Assembly: GCA_963716185.1 (NCBI GenBank)
Contig: OY970295.1
Span: 3,163,316 to 3,227,315 of the forward strand
DNA from: Thermodesulfovibrionales bacterium
GTDB lineage: Bacteria > Nitrospirota > Thermodesulfovibrionia > Thermodesulfovibrionales > SM23-35
Direction: 5' to 3'
Length of the DNA: 64,000 bases
The notes under the pieces were generated by a model. It did not search any database, was not told the origin of the DNA, and saw only the letters and a list, made by a program, of their open reading frames with translations. The first letter of the stretch is position 1; every line of letters starts with the position of its first letter. Position numbers and translations under genes: made by a program. Shown here one piece after another: positions 59,293 to 64,000 of the stretch.

Positions 59293-60087
59293 ATGATAAG
59301 ACTTTACATGATTTTTATTTTACTGGCATTTTTTTTAGTTGCGACCTCCGCTGATTCTTCAGCGCTGTCCTCCGGTCCGGAAGACGAAACAGCAGTCAAG
59401 GACAACGCATCCGCCGCGAAAGAAGTTGAACCGGCGAAAGAGGTTGAACCAAAGGAAGTCGAATCAGAGGAGATTTCCGCGGATAAGACTGTTCCCGATC
59501 CCCTCGAACCCTGGAACCGTCTGGTCTTCACCTTTAATGACAGGTTGTATTTCTGGGTCATGAAGCCGGCTGCCCAGGGATATAACGCTGTTCTTCCGGA
59601 GGCTGTGCGCACTTCAGTCCAGAATTTTTTTGATAATCTCTCGATGCCGGTCCGGTTTGTCAGTTCTGTTTTACAGGTGAAGTTGAAATCTGCAGGTATA
59701 GAACTTGCCCGTTTCGGCGTGAACAGCGTCTTTGGTATCGGTGGCCTGTTTGATATCGCCAGGAGTTATAATCTCGAACCCCAGGAAAAAGACCTGGGTC
59801 TGACTTTTGGATTTTACGGGATCGGCGAAGGTCTTTATATCGTGTGGCCATTTTTGGGCCCGTCTTCTCTCAGAGACACTGTCGGGTCGGTAGGCGACGG
59901 GTTCCTGTCACCTACAAATTATATTACGCCCGCGAGAGATTCAGTTGCCGTCGACGGCTATGCGTCTTTCAACAACATTTCATTGCACATAGGCGAATAT
60001 GAGGACCTGAAAGAATCTGCTATTGACCCCTATATCGCACTCAAGGATTCCTACGTCCAGCACAGAAGATATCTGATCAAAAAATAG
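59293..60087 (+). CDS. mlaA: VacJ/MlaA family lipid asymmetry protein
   Basis: DPLEPWNR.VF.FND, NFF.NL, RFGVNS..GIGG, YIVWPFLGPSSLRD. Confidence 0.88.
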   Translation: MIRLYMIFILLAFFLVATSADSSALSSGPEDETAVKDNASAAKEVEPAKEVEPKEVESEEISADKTVPDPLEPWNRLVFTFNDRLYFWVMKPAAQGYNAVLPEAVRTSVQNFFDNLSMPVRFVSSVLQVKLKSAGIELARFGVNSVFGIGGLFDIARSYNLEPQEKDLGLTFGFYGIGEGLYIVWPFLGPSSLRDTVGSVGDGFLSPTNYITPARDSVAVDGYASFNNISLHIGEYEDLKESAIDPYIALKDSYVQHRRYLIKK

Positions 60088-60139
60088 GTTGCGGCTCTAA
60101 TGCAGATGCCCTTTTTTCGGAACAAAGGTTCCCGGTATT

Positions 60140-60685
60140 TCATTTCGGTCGGCCCACGTGTCCCATCGCCATTATCAGCCACGGTGTGTATTTATGCTCA
60201 TTTTTATTGATGTCTTCCATCAACGATTCCAAGGCGATTGTCTTCACGGCTGAAATTTCGTCGTTGTTTACAGATATGCTGCCGGCATCGATGCCGTTTA
60301 CCATCGTGACAGCACAGATTTCATTTTCAGACCCGATATTTTTATATCTCGCCTGATAATGGAATTTAAACATGTATTGTATGTTGCCGGCTGTTAATCC
60401 TATCTCCTGTGACAATCTTCTTCTTGACGCTTGTATATAGTCTTCTCCCTTGATAACATGGCTTGCGACGGTGCCGTCCCAAAATCCGGGCCAAAGCCTT
60501 TTTCCCTCACTTCTCCTGGTAAGTAATAAGTCTCCTGTGTTGTCAAAGACCATGGCCAGAAAACCCCGGTGCAAGATGCCATTGCCGTCATGACATTTTT
60601 CTTTTTCTTCCTCTCCAAGGAAATTGTCTCTTTTATCGACTATAACGATATGCTCCATCTCTTCCTCATCACCTTCCTGATTCAT
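60140..60685 (-). CDS. idi: Type 1 isopentenyl-diphosphate isomerase-like NUDIX protein
   Basis: K..CH..G.LHR, RRS..K..WPG.W, ASH, RRL..EIG, F.Y.A, ENEIC, YTPW. Confidence 0.78.
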   Translation of the reverse strand: MNQEGDEEEMEHIVIVDKRDNFLGEEEKEKCHDGNGILHRGFLAMVFDNTGDLLLTRRSEGKRLWPGFWDGTVASHVIKGEDYIQASRRRLSQEIGLTAGNIQYMFKFHYQARYKNIGSENEICAVTMVNGIDAGSISVNNDEISAVKTIALESLMEDINKNEHKYTPWLIMAMGHVGRPK

Positions 60686-60862
60686 TTTTCATTATATCAA
60701 TAAATATCCGAAATATAGAATTCAGCCTTTTCGGATCGGGCCTTTCGGGGGCAGTTATAATACACCCCGAGGCGCATTCAATGATGTAAGATTGAAGGGC
60801 AGACTTTCGTACGAAAAAGTATTAAAATAGATCAATAACTTTTAAAACGAGGAGGGCATGTC

Positions 60863-61216
60863 ATGAGGAAGATGGTGATTCTGCTGGTATTGTTCCTGCT
60901 TTTAAATTCTACTGCGGCTTTTGCTGAATCCGGCGACGGATTTTATGCAATAGGAGATTTAGTAATTGCGAGGCCCCTCGGCATTGCTTCCATTGTGATC
61001 GGCGGTGCGGCTTTTATTGCGTCTTTCCCCTTTGCCCTTACAAGTGGAAGCATCAGGGATACAGCGGACCTGCTTGTGGGCGAGCCTTTCAGGTTTACTT
61101 TCACGAGGCCCGTTGGAGATTTTCGTCAAGGCAGTTATGATAAACCGCTTGAGAAGACCCGGAAAGCCAATCGGGAAGCAGACAGTAAGAAACATGCATT
61201 AGACAAAGAAAAATAA
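60863..61216 (+). CDS. Hypothetical exported/membrane protein
   Basis: RBS GGAGG, signal peptide, DLVIARPLG..LVGEP..FTFTRP.G. Confidence 0.75.
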   Translation: MRKMVILLVLFLLLNSTAAFAESGDGFYAIGDLVIARPLGIASIVIGGAAFIASFPFALTSGSIRDTADLLVGEPFRFTFTRPVGDFRQGSYDKPLEKTRKANREADSKKHALDKEK

Positions 61217-61283
61217 AAGAGTTATTTTCTCCCGGATTCCGCCTGCTGTCTGATGATTTCCTTTGGTGGATTTGGGCAAAAAT

Positions 61284-61320
61284 AAAAGGTAGCAAAAACC
61301 ATTCGCTACCTTTTTATTTT
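61284..61320. terminator. Bidirectional intrinsic terminator
   Basis: AAAAGGTAGC-loop-GCTACCTTTT with flanking A/T runs between convergent genes. Confidence 0.65.
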
Positions 61321-61333
61321 TTTCCAAATATGG

Positions 61334-61606
61334 TTATCTTACAGCTTCTTTAAAAGCTTTTCCCGAAGTGAACTTCGGCGCCTTGGTAGCTTTAATCGTT
61401 ATCGTTTCGCCGGTCCTCGGGTTTCTGCCCTTACGTGCTTTTCTCTTCGACACTGAGAATGTACCAAATCCGACGAGAGCAACCTTATTCCCCTTCTTCA
61501 GCGTCTTCTTGACGCCGTCAACGAATGAGTCGAGCGCCTTCCCGGCTGCGGCCTTTGATACGCCGGCATCCTTTGCCATCTTTTCGATTAATTCAGCCTT
61601 TGTCAT
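61334..61606 (-). CDS. hup: DNA-binding protein HU
   Basis: MTKAELI, VALVGFGTF, GRNPRTGE, PKF..GK. Confidence 0.96.
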   Translation of the reverse strand: MTKAELIEKMAKDAGVSKAAAGKALDSFVDGVKKTLKKGNKVALVGFGTFSVSKRKARKGRNPRTGETITIKATKAPKFTSGKAFKEAVR

Positions 61607-61697
61607 AAACCCTCCTGTGATTTAAGAATTACTGAAAGTATACACTATTGTTCGTTAAATGAGAACACTCTCCTGGCTGGCAGTTCAAGATAATTTA

Positions 61698-61914
61698 ACA
61701 CTAAAAATGCGGTTGATCTCAGATTCAGGCAGGCATAGTGACATAAAAATCCCGAAAGCCTTCGGGACAGAACTTGGGTTTTCTACGCTATATATTTTTT
61801 CTGAATAAAAATATCCGGGCGGCCTTGATGTCTGACCGCCCATAAAGGCGCTGCTGTCAAGCTTTTTCTGCCACTATGTCTCCCCGGATATTTAGTGAAT
61901 TACAGTTTTTGGGT
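61698..61914. mobile_element. MITE-like ~217-bp repeat, copy 4
   Basis: TA|ACACTAAAAATGC...CAGTTTTTGGGT|TA, flanked by TA on both sides. Confidence 0.85.
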
Positions 61915-61942
61915 TAACGGGTTGCGGCAGATAGACTATAAG

Positions 61943-63367
61943 CTACCCGACTAAAACTCTTAACTCACGGCTTCTATTTGGATGTTTAAGTTTCCTCAGT
62001 GCCTTTGCCTCTATTTGCCTTACCCTTTCACGGGTGAGAGAAAAATATCTCCCCACTTCTTCAAGGGTGTAATCTTTTTCGAAACCGATGCCGAATCTCA
62101 TCCTTACGACGTCTGCCTCCCTGGGCTCCAAAGTATTAAGGACCCTCAGTATCCGTTCCGTGACCATATTTTTTTCCGTGTCGGAGTAGGGGGAAGGACT
62201 GTCTTCATCACTGATGAAATCCTCGAGTTTTGAATCATCGTCCCCTATTGGAGTTTCAAGGGCCATCGGGTCCTGTACCGCAGTGAACACCTCATCGATT
62301 TTTACCGTAGACACCGCTAATCTTTTGGCAATCTCGTCTTTGTCCGGGTCCCGCCCAAGCTGTTGCCTTAATTCTCTCGACGCTTTGGTGGCCTTGTTAT
62401 AAAATTCGGCGGCATGAACAGGAATTCTAATGGTTTTTGTCTGATCAATTAAAGCCCTCGTTATTCTCTGTCTTATCCACCATGTTGCATATGTGCTGAA
62501 TTTGAAACCCTTCTCGTATTTGAATTTATCTACAGCCTTCATGAGGCCTATATTGCCCTCCTGGATCAGGTCCAGCAGGTTTAATCCCTTCCCAACATAA
62601 TTTTTCGCTATATTTATCACCAATCTCAGGTTATGAGTTATTAGTTCATTCTTTGCTTCGCTGACAAGGGTTCTCGCCCCGGTCAACCTGACCCACGCAG
62701 CTTTCAATTCGTCAACCTTGATCCCAACCTCCGATTCAACCAGCTTATACTCATTCTGGACCTCTCTTGCAATGGTCATAAGTTGTTCAGGATTCATACC
62801 CCGTTTCTTTTTTTCATTTATTAATTTTCTTAAGTCCTTCAAAGTCCCGTATCTTGCAACCTTTCTGTCCGCTATCTCTATTTTAAACATGAGATTGTCA
62901 AGTGCGTGCAGACTTTTTTCGAGGATCTCATCTGTTTCTTCTTCCGAATTGCGCAGGTCCTCTTCGTCTTTGCCGTCTAAATTCGCTTCGAGTTTCTTGT
63001 ATAAAGGCAGCGCCGTGACTATCCCTTGAATTATCTCTTTCCCTTCTTCCAATCTCTTGGCGAGTTCTATTTCCTCGTTCCGTTTAAGTACTGAAATGTT
63101 CCCCAGCGAGTGGAAATATGCCTGGACAATATCCTCTGTTTTTTCATACTCCTCTCCTTCCTCTGAAGCCGAGACGTCCTCCTCTATTGTGTCGGCATCA
63201 TGATCGTCCCTGACACTAACTCCCGCCTCGTGCAAAAGGTCCATAAGTTCTTCCATCTCATCCGCAGATAAATATTCTGAAGCAATATCATTTATCTCCG
63301 TGTAAGTCAGCTTTCCGCAACTCTTGCCTTTCTCTATAATCTCTTCAAAAATATCCTCTTTTTCCAT
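61943..63367 (-). CDS. RNA polymerase sigma-70 factor, RpoD-like (probable paralog)
   Basis: NLRLV..IAK.Y, DLIQEGNIGLMKAVDKF, FSTYATWWIRQ, TLEEVG..F.LTRERVRQIE. Confidence 0.9.
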   Translation of the reverse strand: MEKEDIFEEIIEKGKSCGKLTYTEINDIASEYLSADEMEELMDLLHEAGVSVRDDHDADTIEEDVSASEEGEEYEKTEDIVQAYFHSLGNISVLKRNEEIELAKRLEEGKEIIQGIVTALPLYKKLEANLDGKDEEDLRNSEEETDEILEKSLHALDNLMFKIEIADRKVARYGTLKDLRKLINEKKKRGMNPEQLMTIAREVQNEYKLVESEVGIKVDELKAAWVRLTGARTLVSEAKNELITHNLRLVINIAKNYVGKGLNLLDLIQEGNIGLMKAVDKFKYEKGFKFSTYATWWIRQRITRALIDQTKTIRIPVHAAEFYNKATKASRELRQQLGRDPDKDEIAKRLAVSTVKIDEVFTAVQDPMALETPIGDDDSKLEDFISDEDSPSPYSDTEKNMVTERILRVLNTLEPREADVVRMRFGIGFEKDYTLEEVGRYFSLTRERVRQIEAKALRKLKHPNRSRELRVLVG

Positions 63368-63718
63368 GGCACTCCTTAAAATATATTTGTTAATTGGTTT
63401 TGGTGATGTTTTCCATTTACACTTCTTGCTTCTTATGCAAGCACTGTTGTGTTTATGCCGCCGTTATCCCGGCAGACATAATTCTCTTTGGAGGGGAGGC
63501 AGCCAGTCTTACAGGGGGAGAACTGGCTGCCGAATGATGAAAAAAAGTATTTACTCATTTTATCTAATATACGTTAAGAATATGAAGAAGTCGTGAAGGA
63601 AATATGAAAGAATATGAAGAACTAAAGGCAGGTGTTGCGTTTTGAAACAAATCCTTAATGGACCACTTCCGCAACGATATCCTAAAATTTATAACCTATT
63701 TAAATTAAAGGAAAGTTA

Positions 63719-63796
63719 TGGCGGGGTGGACGGGACTCGAACCCGCGACCTCTGGCTTGACAGGCCAGCGTTCTAACCGGTCTGAACTACCACCCC
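63719..63796 (-). tRNA. tRNA-Asp(GTC)
   Basis: Cloverleaf GGGGTGG..CTGGC-CTGTCAA-GCCAG..GGTTCGAGT..CCACCCCGCCA. Confidence 0.95.
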
Positions 63797-63834
63797 CTGT
63801 ACTACAAACATTAATCAAGCGCCGCCGTCAAATC

Positions 63835-63910
63835 TGGTAGGCGGAACAGGGCTTGAACCTGTGACCCCAGCCTTGTAAGGGCTGTGCTCTCCCAACTGAG
63901 CTATCCGCCC
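63835..63910 (-). tRNA. tRNA-Val(TAC)
   Basis: Cloverleaf GGGCGGA..CAGCC-CTTACAA-GGCTG..GGTTCAAG..TCCGCCTACCA. Confidence 0.95.
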
Positions 63911-64000
63911 ATTTATGACAAAATCAATGGTTGTAAGGAAAAGAGAATACAAAATAAAAATCTATCGCTCACAAAAGATAGGACGCTTTCCGCCAAAATT

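Noticed and set aside
59415-59466. AKEVEP x2-3 peptide repeat in MlaA
   Set aside because: An ordinary low-complexity linker after the signal peptide.
4488-61914. Repeats as a CRISPR array or integron attC sites
   Set aside because: Copies are kilobases apart and ~217 bp long. There is no spacer periodicity, no cas or intI gene, and no consistent cassette arrangement.
273-63029. Many 60-250 aa ORFs antisense to or overlapping recognised genes (e.g. 14989-15747, 23542-24165, 45828-46448)
   Set aside because: Shadow frames of well-supported genes, with no motifs or RBS.
63719-63910. tRNA pair as the attachment site of an integrated island
   Set aside because: No integrase, and no duplicate of a tRNA 3' end was seen within this window.

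Overview
This 64-kb window is bacterial chromosome, probably from an anaerobic Nitrospirota/Desulfobacterota-like organism (inferred from gene content only). It has five parts. (1) 1-18.8 kb is housekeeping and repair: uvrA, mutS2, rarA, pncB, dehydrogenases and an IS200. It also holds a DUF1573 gene that reads through an in-frame UGA and is a likely selenoprotein. (2) 18.8-34.7 kb is a sigma-54 regulatory island. It has two HAMP-kinase/NtrC-type pairs, a Lon protease with a receiver domain inserted just before Walker A, two TauE/SafE transporters, three USPs, and three small proteins sharing an 'FAEAGE' helix. (3) 37.9-40.4 kb is a nested graveyard of ISKra4-like, IS630 and other IS remnants. 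(4) 40.4-60.7 kb is a hopanoid cluster: hpnI, hpnJ, hpnG-like, hpnH, hpnA, shc, hpnK, hpnN, hpnM, mlaA and idi. It carries embedded DUF116 and CruF-like genes, has no squalene synthase in the window, includes several internally deleted pseudogenes, and has a GEMM-like riboswitch candidate before a kinase-PilZ gene. (5) The end has hup, an RpoD-like sigma factor, tRNA-Asp and tRNA-Val. A ~217-bp MITE-like element occurs four times. All family assignments come from motif recognition by eye, not database searches.
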